A stretch of 64,000 bases of DNA from Chloroflexota bacterium (GTDB lineage: Bacteria; Chloroflexota; Limnocylindria; Limnocylindrales; CSP1-4). The notes under the pieces are model-generated. The model was given only the letters and a program-made list of their open reading frames with translations. It did no database searches and had not been told where the DNA came from. Both the position numbers and the translations under genes were made by a program. This document shows, piece after piece, positions 1 to 9,926 of this stretch; the first letter of the stretch is position 1; the number at the start of each line of letters is the position of its first letter. The stretch is taken from the NCBI GenBank assembly GCA_021802585.1, contig JAJZRQ010000005.1, positions 761 through 64,760 of the forward strand, in the 5' to 3' direction.

Positions 1-131
1 GACGACCACGGCTCGTCCTGGCACTGAGCCGCCCGTGAGCTGGAGTTCCCCTGATGGCCGGGCCAATCGGCCCATTCGCAAAGGACGGTCGGCCGTCGAA
101 CGGCGGCCGACCGTCCGATACGGTGGCCACC

Positions 132-845
132 ATGGAGGCGAGCGTCCTCGTCGCCGACGACGAACCGCACATCGTCGACGTCGTCCGAGCCTATCTCGAG
201 CGCGACGGCTATCGTGTCGCGACCGCCCTCGATGGGGCGGCGACGCTCGATGCCGCCCGCGCCGCGAAGCCTGACCTGCTCGTCCTCGACGTCATGATGC
301 CCGGCGCCTCGGGGTTCGACGTCCTGCGCACCCTTCGTGCCGAGGGCGCGACCTGTCCGGTCATCTTCCTCACCGCCCGCGACCACGTCATCGACCGCGT
401 GGCCGGTCTCGAGCTCGGCGCCGACGACTACGTGACCAAGCCCTTCGAGCCGCGCGAGCTCGTCGCCCGGGTCGGCGCGGTGCTGCGGCGGGTGAGGGGC
501 GCCGCCGAGGCGCCCGCCGTTGAACCGACGGCATCGCTGACGCTCGACGATCTCGTGATCGATCGGCTCGCCCGCAGCGTCACCCGCGACGGCCAACCGC
601 TCGAGCTCACCCGAACCGAGTTCGACCTGCTCGCCCGCCTCGCTGAGCGCCCGAGCCAGGTCTGGACCCGGGAGCAGCTCGGCGAGGCCGTCTTCGGCCA
701 GGCCTTTGACGCCTTCGACCGGACGATCGATAGCCACGTCAAGAACCTGCGGCGCAAACTCGACCCGGCCCCTGGCGGCGGCAGCTACGTCGAGACGGTG
801 CGCGGCGTCGGCTATCGGGCCTGGCGGGAGGCACCTGCGCCATGA
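132..845 (+). CDS. OmpR-family response regulator
   Basis: ORF 54..845. The conserved receiver begins at internal ATG 132 (MEASVLVADDEPH, LVLDVMMPG). C-terminal winged helix is present (ELTRTEFDLLARL, VETVRGVGYR). Its stop overlaps the kinase start (ATGA at 842-845). Confidence 0.9.
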   Translation: MEASVLVADDEPHIVDVVRAYLERDGYRVATALDGAATLDAARAAKPDLLVLDVMMPGASGFDVLRTLRAEGATCPVIFLTARDHVIDRVAGLELGADDYVTKPFEPRELVARVGAVLRRVRGAAEAPAVEPTASLTLDDLVIDRLARSVTRDGQPLELTRTEFDLLARLAERPSQVWTREQLGEAVFGQAFDAFDRTIDSHVKNLRRKLDPAPGGGSYVETVRGVGYRAWREAPAP

Positions 846-2266
846 TGCTCCGGACGCGCCTCGCCGTGAGCTTCGCCGTCATCGCCCTCGGCACGTCGGC
901 AGCCGTGGCGCTGGCAGTGCCGATCGTGGTCGGCCAGGGCTTCCAGCAGCTCGAGACGCAGATCCGCAACGAGAGCCCAAGCCCAGGCCCGAGCGCGCAG
1001 CCGACTCCGGCCGCTCAGCCGAGCACGACGCCGCTTCCGACGGCCAGCCCAGCAGCCAACCCGACACCACCGCCGACTCCGCGACCGTCGAAGCGACCCT
1101 CGCCGACGCCGAGCCACGACTGGAATGACCCGTGGGATCACTGGAACGACGGTGGCTGGTCCGGCAGCGTCGACATGTCGGTCGCTGATGCCCTGACCGC
1201 GGAACGGGCCCAGCCAGCCACCGCGGTCCTCGCGGTGGCGCATGTCCCGGTTTCTGACGCGACCAGGTCATCCAGCGGCGGATCGGTGACGGCCGATGCT
1301 GGCCCGGCGAGCAGCGCCAGTCCGGCGGGCGCGACGACCGCTGCGTACACCGACATCGCCACCGACACGATCCTGAAGGTCATCCTCATCGCCGTCGGCG
1401 CGGCGTTCATCGCCTCGCTGCTCGGGCTCGTCGTCGCCGACCGGCTCGTGCGACCGTTGCGCAAGCTCCAGGAGGCCGCCAAGTCGGTGGCCACGGGCGA
1501 GCTCGACGCGCGCTCGGGCCTCGCGGCTCGCACCGACGAGATCGGCGAGCTGGCCCGCTCGTTCGACGCCATGGCCGGCGCCCTCCAGGCCTCCGAGGTC
1601 GGCCGGCGCCGGTTCCTCCAGGATGCCGTCCATGAGCTGCGCACCCCGCTGACGGTGATCGAGGCCACCGCTTCGGCAGTTATCGACGGCGTGTACGCCC
1701 TCGAACCGCGGCACCTCGAGACGATTCGCGCCCAGGGAAGGCTGCTGGCGCGAGTGGTCGACGACCTGCGGACGATCAGCCTGGCCGAGTCGCACGCCCT
1801 CGAGCTGCGACCCGAACCGATCGATGCCGGCGCCGCCCTGCGCGACGCCGCCAGCGGGTTCGGTGCGCGCGCCGAGCGCGATGGCATCCAGATCGACCTC
1901 GACGCCCCGGAGACCCTGGTCGCGGAGGCCGACCCCGAGCGCCTGCGCCAGATGCTCGGCGCGCTCGTAGACAACGCGATCCGCCATACGCCGGCCGGCG
2001 GCTCGATCATCCTCGCTGGGACCGCCACCGACGGGGTCGTCCGGTTCGACGTCCGGGACAGCGGCCCGGGGGTCGCGCCCGAGGACCTGCCGCACGTCTT
2101 CGAGCGCTTCTACCAGGCCGACCCCTCGCGCGACCGGGCGCGCGGCTCGAGCGGTCTCGGACTCGCGATCGTCAAGGCGCTGGCCGAGGCCCACGGCGGC
2201 GCTGTCGGCGTGGCGAACGCCGCGTCGGGCGGGGCCGACTTCTGGATCGAGATCCCGGCGGCCTGA
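842..2266 (+). CDS. Sensor histidine kinase (HAMP-HisKA-HATPase)
   Basis: N-terminal TM segment, Pro/Thr-rich extracytoplasmic stretch and second TM segment. H-box VHELRTPLT. ATPase boxes DNAIRHTP, DSGPGV, GLGLAIV. Confidence 0.9.
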   Translation: MMLRTRLAVSFAVIALGTSAAVALAVPIVVGQGFQQLETQIRNESPSPGPSAQPTPAAQPSTTPLPTASPAANPTPPPTPRPSKRPSPTPSHDWNDPWDHWNDGGWSGSVDMSVADALTAERAQPATAVLAVAHVPVSDATRSSSGGSVTADAGPASSASPAGATTAAYTDIATDTILKVILIAVGAAFIASLLGLVVADRLVRPLRKLQEAAKSVATGELDARSGLAARTDEIGELARSFDAMAGALQASEVGRRRFLQDAVHELRTPLTVIEATASAVIDGVYALEPRHLETIRAQGRLLARVVDDLRTISLAESHALELRPEPIDAGAALRDAASGFGARAERDGIQIDLDAPETLVAEADPERLRQMLGALVDNAIRHTPAGGSIILAGTATDGVVRFDVRDSGPGVAPEDLPHVFERFYQADPSRDRARGSSGLGLAIVKALAEAHGGAVGVANAASGGADFWIEIPAA

Positions 2267-2317
2267 GCCCGGCGCGAGGACAATGACCGAAGACTCGACG
2301 AACCGGAGGCACGCACG

Positions 2318-2551
2318 ATGATGTACGGCTGGGACATGGGCGGCGCGGGCTGGCTGTGGGGGATCGGGGGCCTCATCGTCCTCGTCGCCCTCGTGGTCCT
2401 CGTCGTCTGGGCGGTGACCTCGATGAGCCGCGCTGGCCGGGCTCCCGAGGAGCGCCGCCCGCAGCCACTCGACATCCTGCGCGAGCGTTACGCCCGGGGC
2501 GAGATCACCAAGGAGCAGTTCGAGGAGGCCAAGCGCACGCTCGGCCTCTGA
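2318..2551 (+). CDS. SHOCT-domain small membrane protein
   Basis: One TM segment (LIVLVALVVLVVWAV) followed by RERYARGEITKEQFEEAKRTL, typical of the SHOCT short C-terminal domain. Confidence 0.7.
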   Translation: MMYGWDMGGAGWLWGIGGLIVLVALVVLVVWAVTSMSRAGRAPEERRPQPLDILRERYARGEITKEQFEEAKRTLGL

Positions 2552-2694
2552 GCAAACCTGGCCCGGCCGCGGGCGCGGATCGCGAGGGACCGTGGAGGTG
2601 GGCCAACTGGCCCGGCGTCAAGGAGCCCTGAGTCACGACATCAGGTTCCCTTGATCCCTTGGGACGCTGTCTTCTCGTTTGGTTCACTCGGAGC

Positions 2695-3975
2695 ATGACG
2701 ATCAGCGGGCTGCGAGTGACCGCCGGGAGTCTCGCCCCGGCCTGGCCCGCCACCCGCGTCCGGCGTCTTCTGCGAGTGATTGGCCCGGCCTGGATCGTAA
2801 TGCTCGCCGACGTCGATGCGGCGAGCGTGCTGACGGCGGCCAAGGCCGGCACCGACTTCGGCTACGCGATGCTGCTGCCGATCTTCGCGCTCGTGCCGAT
2901 CCTCTATCTCGTCCAGGAGATGACCGCGCGGCTCGCGATCGGGACCGGGCTCGGCCATGCCGAGCTCATCCGAGAGCGCTTCGGGTTGCGCTGGGGCGTG
3001 GTCTCAGTCACCTCGATGGTCATCGTCGACATGCTCGCCTACGTCGCCGAGTTCGCCGGCATCGTCCTCGGCGCTAGCCTGATCGGCATTCCGGCGGCAC
3101 CGGCAGTTCTCGCGGCGCTCGTCCTGCACACCGTCATCGTCCTCACCGGCAGCTACCGCCGGTTCGAAGTCGCGACCCTCGCCCTCTCGCTCGCCCTGTT
3201 CGCGTTCGTGGCGCTCGCCTTCACGGCCGGACCTGACCCATCGGCCATCATCGGGGGCTTCTCACCGGCTCAGCCGTTCGACAGGCCCGGCTACCTTGAC
3301 CTCGTAGTGGCCACCGTCGGCGCGGTGATCATGCCCTGGATGCTCTTCTATCAGCAGGCGGCGACCGTCGAGAAGGGGCTCGGCCCCGAGGACCTTCGGG
3401 GCGCCCGATGGGAAACATTGATCGGCGCAATCGGCAGCGAAGTCCTCATGGCGGCGATCGTCATCGCGGCGGCCGCGGCCGTCGCCTCGGGGGCGGCTGG
3501 CGAGGCGATCGCCGGTGGGGTCGAGCTGCCGGCTGGTCTTGCGGCGCTCGCCCAGGGCGTTCCGGGCGTGCTGATCGCCATCGGGATGATCGGCGCGGGC
3601 CTGCTGGCGGCGGTTGTGATCTCGCTCTCGTCAGCGTGGGCCTGGTCCGAACTGCTCCATTGGCCGCATAGCCTGAATCTGTCGATCCGGCGAGCGCCCG
3701 GCTTCTACATCCTCTATCTCGTCGAGGTTGTGCCGGCGGCGATCATTGCCCTGGTCGCGGAGGATCTCGTCTCGGTCGTCATCGACGCGATGATCCTCAA
3801 CGTCCTCGTGCTCGTGATCCCGCTCACGTTCCTCGTCCGGCTCTCGGGCGACCGGGCGCTGCTGGGGCCGCTGGCCGCCTCGCGCCGCTACTCGGCCATC
3901 CTTTGGGCGATGACCGCCGGATTGCTGGCGCTCGGGCTGACAAGTGTGGCGGGCGTGGTCGGCCGGGCGGTCTGA
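2695..3975 (+). CDS. mntH: Nramp-family divalent metal transporter
   Basis: GPAWIVMLADVDA, TDFGYAMLL and LVQEMTARLAIGTG are typical Nramp motifs; many TM segments. Start uncertain (TTG 2659 or ATG 2695). Confidence 0.85.
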   Translation: MTISGLRVTAGSLAPAWPATRVRRLLRVIGPAWIVMLADVDAASVLTAAKAGTDFGYAMLLPIFALVPILYLVQEMTARLAIGTGLGHAELIRERFGLRWGVVSVTSMVIVDMLAYVAEFAGIVLGASLIGIPAAPAVLAALVLHTVIVLTGSYRRFEVATLALSLALFAFVALAFTAGPDPSAIIGGFSPAQPFDRPGYLDLVVATVGAVIMPWMLFYQQAATVEKGLGPEDLRGARWETLIGAIGSEVLMAAIVIAAAAAVASGAAGEAIAGGVELPAGLAALAQGVPGVLIAIGMIGAGLLAAVVISLSSAWAWSELLHWPHSLNLSIRRAPGFYILYLVEVVPAAIIALVAEDLVSVVIDAMILNVLVLVIPLTFLVRLSGDRALLGPLAASRRYSAILWAMTAGLLALGLTSVAGVVGRAV

Positions 3976-4007
3976 GGGCCGGGCCGAGGGCGGTCGAGGG
4001 TATTTGG

Positions 4008-4415
4008 TCAGCGATCCGCTTCGAGAGCCGCGATTGCCCGCTCGAGCCGCGCCTTGGCTTCCTCGGCGATCGGCTTGATCGCCGGCTCCTCCACGAGGCC
4101 AAGCACGGCCAACGGGTCCAGGGCCTCGACGATCGTCTCCGGCCCGTCCTCGCGCAGCACGACGTTGCAGGGCAGGAGCGCGCCCACCGAGGGGTCGGCC
4201 TCGAGGGCCCGATGGGCGAGCGGCGGGTTGCAGGCCCCCAGGATCAGCAACGGCGGCCGATCGATGCCGATCCTCGCCTTCATGGTCGCCTGGACGTCGA
4301 TCACGGTGAGGACGCCGAAGCCCTCGGCGGCCAGGGCGGCCTCGACGCGAGGGCGGATCTCCCCGATCGAGCCCGCGAGATGGGTGCCGAACGTATAGCG
4401 GGTGGTGGTGGTCAT
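4008..4415 (-). CDS. DUF302-domain protein
   Basis: Only the C-terminal 135 aa of ORF 4008..4733 look coding (MTTTTRYTF...GFGVLTVIDVQATMKARIG...LGACNP). ATG confirmed at 4413-4415. Confidence 0.75.
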   Translation of the reverse strand: MTTTTRYTFGTHLAGSIGEIRPRVEAALAAEGFGVLTVIDVQATMKARIGIDRPPLLILGACNPPLAHRALEADPSVGALLPCNVVLREDGPETIVEALDPLAVLGLVEEPAIKPIAEEAKARLERAIAALEADR

Positions 4416-4560
4416 GGTTACCCTTTCCCTACTTGTTTGACGGCTCTGGCCAGTTGTCGGTGGTCGCCCCAGACAGGAACCCCATCCGGCGCGCCCGATG
4501 AGCATGAGGGCCTTGGGCTCCGTCGGGGCCCTGTACACCTCAGCGTGGAGTAGGTAGCGC

Positions 4561-6078
4561 TCAAGAGTAGCCCTGCTGATGCCGGTTCCCGGCCGTACGG
4601 CCGGGGTTGCCCCGGCCCAGTTGGGCGTTGTTCCGGAGCGGAGAGGGAGTCCTGCTACGAGTCCCGCTGCCTTCTCGTCTCCCCCTGCGCAGCGCGTCCG
4701 CAACCCCGCCCGCATCGACCATCGTCGCGTCAAACCCGGCGCCCGCGAGAAGGCTCGCTCCGATCGCCGCCCGATGCCCGCTCCGACAGATCACCCAGAC
4801 GGGCCGATCGGCCGGTAGCCAGGTCGCCGGGTCGCCCAGGTCGGCGACGAACCGCAGCACGGAACCCGGGATCACGCCGTCCTCCCATTCGGCCGGCTGC
4901 CGGACGTCGAGCACGAGCGGCGGGTGCGCACCGCCGAGCTCACGCCGAAGCTCCGCTACCGACGCCCGGCCGATCGACTGGAGCGGTCGCGCGTCGCTCG
5001 CCCAGCCGTCGAGACCGCGCAGCACGCCGCGGACCCGATCGAACCCGATCCGGGCAAGCTGTCGGACGGCCTCGCGTGCGTCCTGGCTGGGATCGAGCAC
5101 GAGCGCGAGCGGGCTGTTGAAGGGCAGCAGCCAGCCGATGTAGCTCGCGAATGCTTCGTCGAGCTCCACGTTAAGGGCACCCGGAACGTGTGCTTCGGCG
5201 AATGCGGCGCGGGGCCGCCCGTCGATGACGGGGATGCCGGCGGCCGTGAGCGAGGCGAGCTCGTCCGGCTCGAGTTCCTGCGGCGACACGATGGCACCGA
5301 GGGGCCGGGGGCCCGAGCGGTTGATCGGCGCCATGTGCGCGTAGTAGGCGGGGAAGCGGAGGAGGCCACGGAGCTGGCGCCGGGCGAACGCGAGCGGGTC
5401 GTCGTCGAGAAGCGCCGAGTTCGTCTCACGCTCGCCCGCGATGGTCCCGACCCCGTCCCCGGGCCGGGAGGCCGCCGTGCAGAACGAGCCAGGCCCGTGC
5501 GTTGGGTGGAGCACGGTGTCGCCGGGCAGGGTGGCGAGGCGGCGGACGGACCCGAATTGGGCAGCCGTGAGGCGATCCGTCCAGCTCGGACCGGCGAGAT
5601 CGGTCCGCCCGGCGGATCCGGCGAGGAGCGAACCACCGCTGAACAGGAGGGCGGGCTCGCCGTCGCCCCGTTCCACCAGGTAGCTCGTGTGTTCCGGCGT
5701 GTGGCCAGGCGTGTGGAGGGCGTGGATCCGGAGACTCCCGCTCTCGAGCAGGTCGCCATCGCGCATCGGGTGATGCGGGTACCGCGCGCCGCTTCCGTCG
5801 GGCAAGGCGAGGGTCGCGCCCGACCGGCGGGCAAGCTCGAGGCCGCCCGAGACGTAGTCGTTATGGACGTGGGTCTCGAGCACGTGGGTCAGGCGCACGC
5901 CGTGTGCCTCGGCCGCCACGAGATACGACTCGACGTCACGTTGGGGGTCGACCATGAGCGCCCGGTCGCCGGCCGCCACGAGGTACGAACGGTTGCCGAG
6001 TCCCCGGGCGAGGAAGTCCACGACCTGCAGTCTCCCGGGTGGGGCGGTCGCCGGCGCCTGGCCCGGCTCCCGCAGCAC
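4561..6078 (-). CDS. MBL-fold persulfide dioxygenase-like protein fused to rhodanese domains
   Basis: HVLETHVHNDYVSG and HTPGHTPEH are the metallo-beta-lactamase metal motifs. Two rhodanese-like modules follow; the last has the active-site loop CRSGHRA. Start uncertain: GTG 6078 abuts the upstream stop, alternatives are 6090 and 6168. Confidence 0.8.
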   Translation of the reverse strand: MLREPGQAPATAPPGRLQVVDFLARGLGNRSYLVAAGDRALMVDPQRDVESYLVAAEAHGVRLTHVLETHVHNDYVSGGLELARRSGATLALPDGSGARYPHHPMRDGDLLESGSLRIHALHTPGHTPEHTSYLVERGDGEPALLFSGGSLLAGSAGRTDLAGPSWTDRLTAAQFGSVRRLATLPGDTVLHPTHGPGSFCTAASRPGDGVGTIAGERETNSALLDDDPLAFARRQLRGLLRFPAYYAHMAPINRSGPRPLGAIVSPQELEPDELASLTAAGIPVIDGRPRAAFAEAHVPGALNVELDEAFASYIGWLLPFNSPLALVLDPSQDAREAVRQLARIGFDRVRGVLRGLDGWASDARPLQSIGRASVAELRRELGGAHPPLVLDVRQPAEWEDGVIPGSVLRFVADLGDPATWLPADRPVWVICRSGHRAAIGASLLAGAGFDATMVDAGGVADALRRGRREGSGTRSRTPSPLRNNAQLGRGNPGRTAGNRHQQGYS

Positions 6079-6079
6079 G

Positions 6080-6430
6080 TCAGGCGGCACGCGCCGGTCC
6101 CTCCTCCAGTCGGCGGCCCGACCGGGCCCACGCGCTCGTGCCCCCGGCCACGGAGGCCGCACCCTCAAAGCCCTGGGCGCGCAGGAAGTCGGTGGCGCTC
6201 AGGCTCCGGTTCCCGAACTGGCAGATGACGACGATCCGCTGGCCGCGCGGCAGCTGGCCGACGCGACCCCGGAGCTGACCGAGCGGGATGTGGATCGCGC
6301 CGGGTACGTGCCCCCGGCGGTACTCCCAGTCCTCGCGGACGTCCAGGACACGGGCCGCGGGGTCGTGCAGGAGCCGATTGAGCTCCTCGACCGAGATCTC
6401 GGGCGTGGTGCGGCGCAGGAACGAGAACAT
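6080..6430 (-). CDS. Single-domain rhodanese sulfurtransferase
   Basis: MFSFLRR...VLDVREDWEYRRGHVPGAIHIP...VVICQFGNRS (Cys active-site loop). ATG at 6428-6430. Confidence 0.85.
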   Translation of the reverse strand: MFSFLRRTTPEISVEELNRLLHDPAARVLDVREDWEYRRGHVPGAIHIPLGQLRGRVGQLPRGQRIVVICQFGNRSLSATDFLRAQGFEGAASVAGGTSAWARSGRRLEEGPARAA

Positions 6431-6497
6431 GCGGGCGGGGACCTCCGAGCAGGGAGCCTGTGGACGCTTCGGGCGCACACGCTGGATGCTCTGATGG

Positions 6498-7220
6498 ATG
6501 CGATCCGCGGCGAAAGGTGACAGGCCGTCCGGCCCGAAACGGCGAGACCCGTCGCACAATGTCCCGGTGACTTCCAGACCCGTTGGCGCAACGATCGCCG
6601 CCAGACCGCGAACGCGCGAGGATCCGCTCGTGGAACGGCTCAGGGCCGGCGATCCCGACGCCTGTCGGGAGATGATCGAGCGTCACGCGGCACGGATGTT
6701 GCGGATCCTGCTCCGCCTCCGTGGCGACCGCTTCGAGGCTGAGGACCTCCTCCAGGAGACCTGGATCCGGGCCTGCCAGGCTGCCCGCGAGTTTCGCGGC
6801 GAGGCGTCGCTGCGGACCTGGCTCGACCGGATCGCTCTCAACGCCGCGGCGATGGCGGAGCGGCACCGGCTCACCATTTCGCGTGGGTCCGGCGTGGGCG
6901 AGCTCCGCCTCGGGCGCCCGCTGCCCGGTGACGAGCCGGGTGGGGTCGAACTGGTGGAGCCCGCCGCGTCGACCGACACCGAATCGGCCGTCGTCTGGCG
7001 GGAAACATTCGCCGAGCTCGGCGCGGCCGTTGCAGCCCTGCCGGCCGGCCTCCGCGACGTGCTCATCCTGCGCGACATCCAGGGCGCCTCCACCCGAGAG
7101 GCCGCCGAGGAGCTCGGGATCAGCGAGGTCGCCGTGAAGCAGCGGCTCCACCGCGCTCGAGGCCGCCTTCGACGGGCGCTGCACCAACTGGCTGCCGAAC
7201 CTGAGCTCCACCGAGGCTGA
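6498..7220 (+). CDS. ECF-type sigma-70 family factor
   Basis: Region 2 (AEDLLQETWIRA, RTWLDRIALN) and region 4 HTH (ILRDIQGASTREAAEELGISEVAVKQRLHRAR). Start uncertain (6498 or GTG 6630). Confidence 0.85.
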   Translation: MRSAAKGDRPSGPKRRDPSHNVPVTSRPVGATIAARPRTREDPLVERLRAGDPDACREMIERHAARMLRILLRLRGDRFEAEDLLQETWIRACQAAREFRGEASLRTWLDRIALNAAAMAERHRLTISRGSGVGELRLGRPLPGDEPGGVELVEPAASTDTESAVVWRETFAELGAAVAALPAGLRDVLILRDIQGASTREAAEELGISEVAVKQRLHRARGRLRRALHQLAAEPELHRG

Positions 7221-7345
7221 TCCGCCATCGGGGAGCGGTCCTGCGCTTAGCGCCTCGGACCCCGTATGCCGCCATGTGGTGGTATCGTTTCAGTGATGAA
7301 TGAACCGATGTCGACCCCCACCGGTCGCCTCACCGGCCGGTTCGG

Positions 7346-7864
7346 TTGGCTCGACCTACCCACTCCGTGGCCCCGAGAGACGCCGTCCACATGCGACACG
7401 GCGCCGAGGCCGACGAGCGGTCGTCCATGAGGCCTCCGGCCGATAGGGCATGGCTTCGCCCGGAGCGAGTCGGATCCGTCGCCGATCGGTCGCTAGCAGT
7501 GACTGAGGCAGACGCGCTGGCGTCAGCGGTCGCCCTGCTGGTCGATCCCACGCGCCTACGAATGCTCCATGCCCTCGCCTGGGCTGACGAGCTGTGCGTC
7601 TTCGACCTGAGTCTCCTCCTGGATCTCGCTCAGTCGACCGTGAGTCGCCAGCTCCGTCTGCTCCGAGAACGTGGCGTGGTGACTCGACGGAAGGATGGGC
7701 GCCTGACCTACTACCGACTCACGGAGCCGTCGCTCCGAAGGTTCCTGCGCGCCTTCGACGAGCGCCTGCGCTCGCCAGGCGTCAACTTCGAAGCCTCACC
7801 CTGGTCCCTCCTGTGTCCGGAGGCAAGCGGTCCGGTCAGCCTCTCACCCGAACCCGGCTGGTGA
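7346..7864 (+). CDS. ArsR/SmtB-family transcriptional regulator
   Basis: LLVDPTRLRMLHAL...ELCVFDLSLLLDLAQSTVSRQLRLLRERGVV...RLTYYRL. Start uncertain. Confidence 0.75.
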   Translation: MARPTHSVAPRDAVHMRHGAEADERSSMRPPADRAWLRPERVGSVADRSLAVTEADALASAVALLVDPTRLRMLHALAWADELCVFDLSLLLDLAQSTVSRQLRLLRERGVVTRRKDGRLTYYRLTEPSLRRFLRAFDERLRSPGVNFEASPWSLLCPEASGPVSLSPEPGW

Positions 7865-8153
7865 CAGAGCGGCTCCGAGGCAGGGGCGGGAGCGAGGAGC
7901 GATCGATCCGCAGGTCTTGCGCCGGCACATCGTAGTCAAGCGCGCCGGAGAGGAAGCTCAGGGCCACCTTCATCAGCCGCGTCCCTCTGGATCGGGACCT
8001 TGCCGATGTCCGGGTCGAGCGTGCTGACCAGGCTCCCGCGCCTTCGCCGGGCGGCAAGTACCGCGAGATCATCCCGCTACAGTCGTCGGCTCGGCCGTAG
8101 CGGCCGTTGGCCATACGGGCAGAGCGGACGGCGACGGCAGAAGGGGGAGCGGT

Positions 8154-8465
8154 TCAGTCGCCGAAGTCGAGCAGATCTCCGAGGAACCCGCCGCGTCGTC
8201 CCCGCCGCTGCCCAGGCCGTCCCTGACCGCGGTCATCCGCCCGGTCGTCCCAATCGACGCGATCGTCGCGGGGCCCTCGACCCGCGTCGGGTTGCCCGGC
8301 TCCGTAGTAGGCGCCCTCGGCGTCGATCAGGCGTTCGAGCTCGCCGCGGTCGAGGAACACGCCCCGGCAGCCAGTGCATACGTCGATGACCACGCCGCTC
8401 CGTTCGAGCGGTCGCATGGCGCTGGCGCACTTGGGGCAGTCGAGGCTGGCGGCGTCACTGGTCAC
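8154..8465 (-). CDS. TFIIB-type zinc-ribbon protein
   Basis: CPKC...x17...CTGCRGVFLDRGELERLI is the pattern of the bacterial zf-TFIIB family. Asp/Arg/Gly-rich tail. Confidence 0.7.
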   Translation of the reverse strand: MTSDAASLDCPKCASAMRPLERSGVVIDVCTGCRGVFLDRGELERLIDAEGAYYGAGQPDAGRGPRDDRVDWDDRADDRGQGRPGQRRGRRGGFLGDLLDFGD

Positions 8466-8696
8466 GGCGGAAGAACCTCGTCCTTGGATTGGATATCGCG
8501 GGCCATCCGGGCTGGAGGGCGTCGCGACCCTGTTTCTGGAAGTCTACGTGCATTCAGGTAAACGTGAAACGACGGCGGTCGCGCGGCCCTACCGTGCATG
8601 GGCACGCCATCCTGAGCGGGTTCCCGTTCGTCACTGGACCGACAGGCGCCGGGACGGGCGATCCGGTCGTCGGGGCGTGCTTGGTGGGAGCGGCGC

Positions 8697-9203
8697 TCAC
8701 CGGGACGATGGGCGAGTGCGCCGATCGCGCCAGACCGATCCCGCGATGAGGAGGAGGATCGCGATCGAGATGGCGATGTCCCCGACATTGAATGTCGGCC
8801 ACCGCAGGTCGCCCAGACCCATGTCGACGTAGTCGAGGACCGCTCCGCGCGTCAGGCGCTCGATGAGGTTGGCGAGCGCCCCGCCCAGGAGCAGCCCGAG
8901 GGCGAGGCTGATCGCCCCGTCCGCGCGGTGGCGGTGGGCGTACGCGACGATCGCGACCATCGCACCGACGGAGAGGACGACCGGCACCGGACCGGTCCCC
9001 TGCAGGAGGCCGAACGCGACTCCGTCGTTGGTCGATGGCGCAAGCCGAACGACGCCGCCGAGGAGATCGCGGGGCGCGTCAATGGCGCGAACGCCGGCGT
9101 CGACCAACTGGTCGGCGAGGGTGGCCGCCAGGGCGCCGATGACGAAGGCGGCAGAGACGAATCCAGGGCCTGCCACCCGCTCATGGGCCGGTCGGGCGGT
9201 CAT
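8697..9203 (-). CDS. lspA: Lipoprotein signal peptidase II
   Basis: NDGVAFGLL, GGALANLIERL and VLDYVD...FNVGDIAISIA are signal peptidase II motifs; four TM segments. Confidence 0.85.
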   Translation of the reverse strand: MTARPAHERVAGPGFVSAAFVIGALAATLADQLVDAGVRAIDAPRDLLGGVVRLAPSTNDGVAFGLLQGTGPVPVVLSVGAMVAIVAYAHRHRADGAISLALGLLLGGALANLIERLTRGAVLDYVDMGLGDLRWPTFNVGDIAISIAILLLIAGSVWRDRRTRPSSR

Positions 9204-9910
9204 GCGTCACCGCCAGGCACGAGCACACGCCTTTCGCTCGGCGCGGTGCCGCCCCGCACCGACGTAAGGCCGGTGGGCACATCCGCCCGCGGCGTGTGGG
9301 CCACTGGCGCGACCGCAATGCCGACCCCGATCACGAAATCGCCGAAGAAGCGCTCGACGACCCGGCCGTCGACCGCGATCTCGTGGCGCTCGAGCTCGGC
9401 CACGAACTGGCCCGTGCTGAACCGGTCCCGACGGGGATGGTCGAGGAACGTCCGGTACGACCAGCGCGCGAGCGCATGACTCGTGACCTCCTCGAAGAAG
9501 AACCGGCCGCCGGGCCGCAGCACGCGCCGGACCTCGCCGACCGCGGCGCGCCAGTTGGGCACGTGGTGGATGATCCCGAAGTCGAAGACCGCATCGAGCG
9601 AGGCGTCCGGAGCCGGGACAGATGTCGCGCTGGCGACGAGCGAGGTCACCCGATCGGGCCCGTAGCGGGCGAGGCGACGGCGTGCTAGGGCGACCATCGC
9701 CGGGTCGAGGTCGATCGCCGTGACGTGCCGGGCGCCGAACCGCCGGAGCAGGATCTCGACCCCGACGCCGCGGCCGCAGCCGATCTCGAGCACCCGCAGC
9801 CCGTCGACCCGCCCGCCGAGCCGCTCCAGGAGCGGCGCCTCGTAGCGCCGCTGGAGCAGCTCGCGGAGCGGGTTGTTCATGAGCGCCTTCTCGACCCGAT
9901 TGAGCTTCAC
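9200..9910 (-). CDS. Class I SAM-dependent methyltransferase
   Basis: VLEIGCGRGVG motif I, AIDLDPAMV, LRPGGRFFFEE. GTG 9910 is preceded by GGGAGAGGA. The stop overlaps the lspA start (ATGA). Confidence 0.85.
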   Translation of the reverse strand: MKLNRVEKALMNNPLRELLQRRYEAPLLERLGGRVDGLRVLEIGCGRGVGVEILLRRFGARHVTAIDLDPAMVALARRRLARYGPDRVTSLVASATSVPAPDASLDAVFDFGIIHHVPNWRAAVGEVRRVLRPGGRFFFEEVTSHALARWSYRTFLDHPRRDRFSTGQFVAELERHEIAVDGRVVERFFGDFVIGVGIAVAPVAHTPRADVPTGLTSVRGGTAPSERRVLVPGGDA

Positions 9911-9926
9911 CGTTCCTCTCCCGTCA

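Noticed and set aside
7836-8114. 92-aa minus-strand ORF in the gap after the first ArsR gene
   Set aside because: No SD and no motif, Arg/Ser-rich, and overlapped by an equally poor plus-strand ORF (8000..8389). The region is left unannotated.
8466-8696. 230-nt intergenic region between lspA and the zinc-ribbon gene, as a riboswitch or ncRNA
   Set aside because: I could not recognise any known riboswitch core or convincing conserved structure by eye. It would need an Rfam/Infernal scan.
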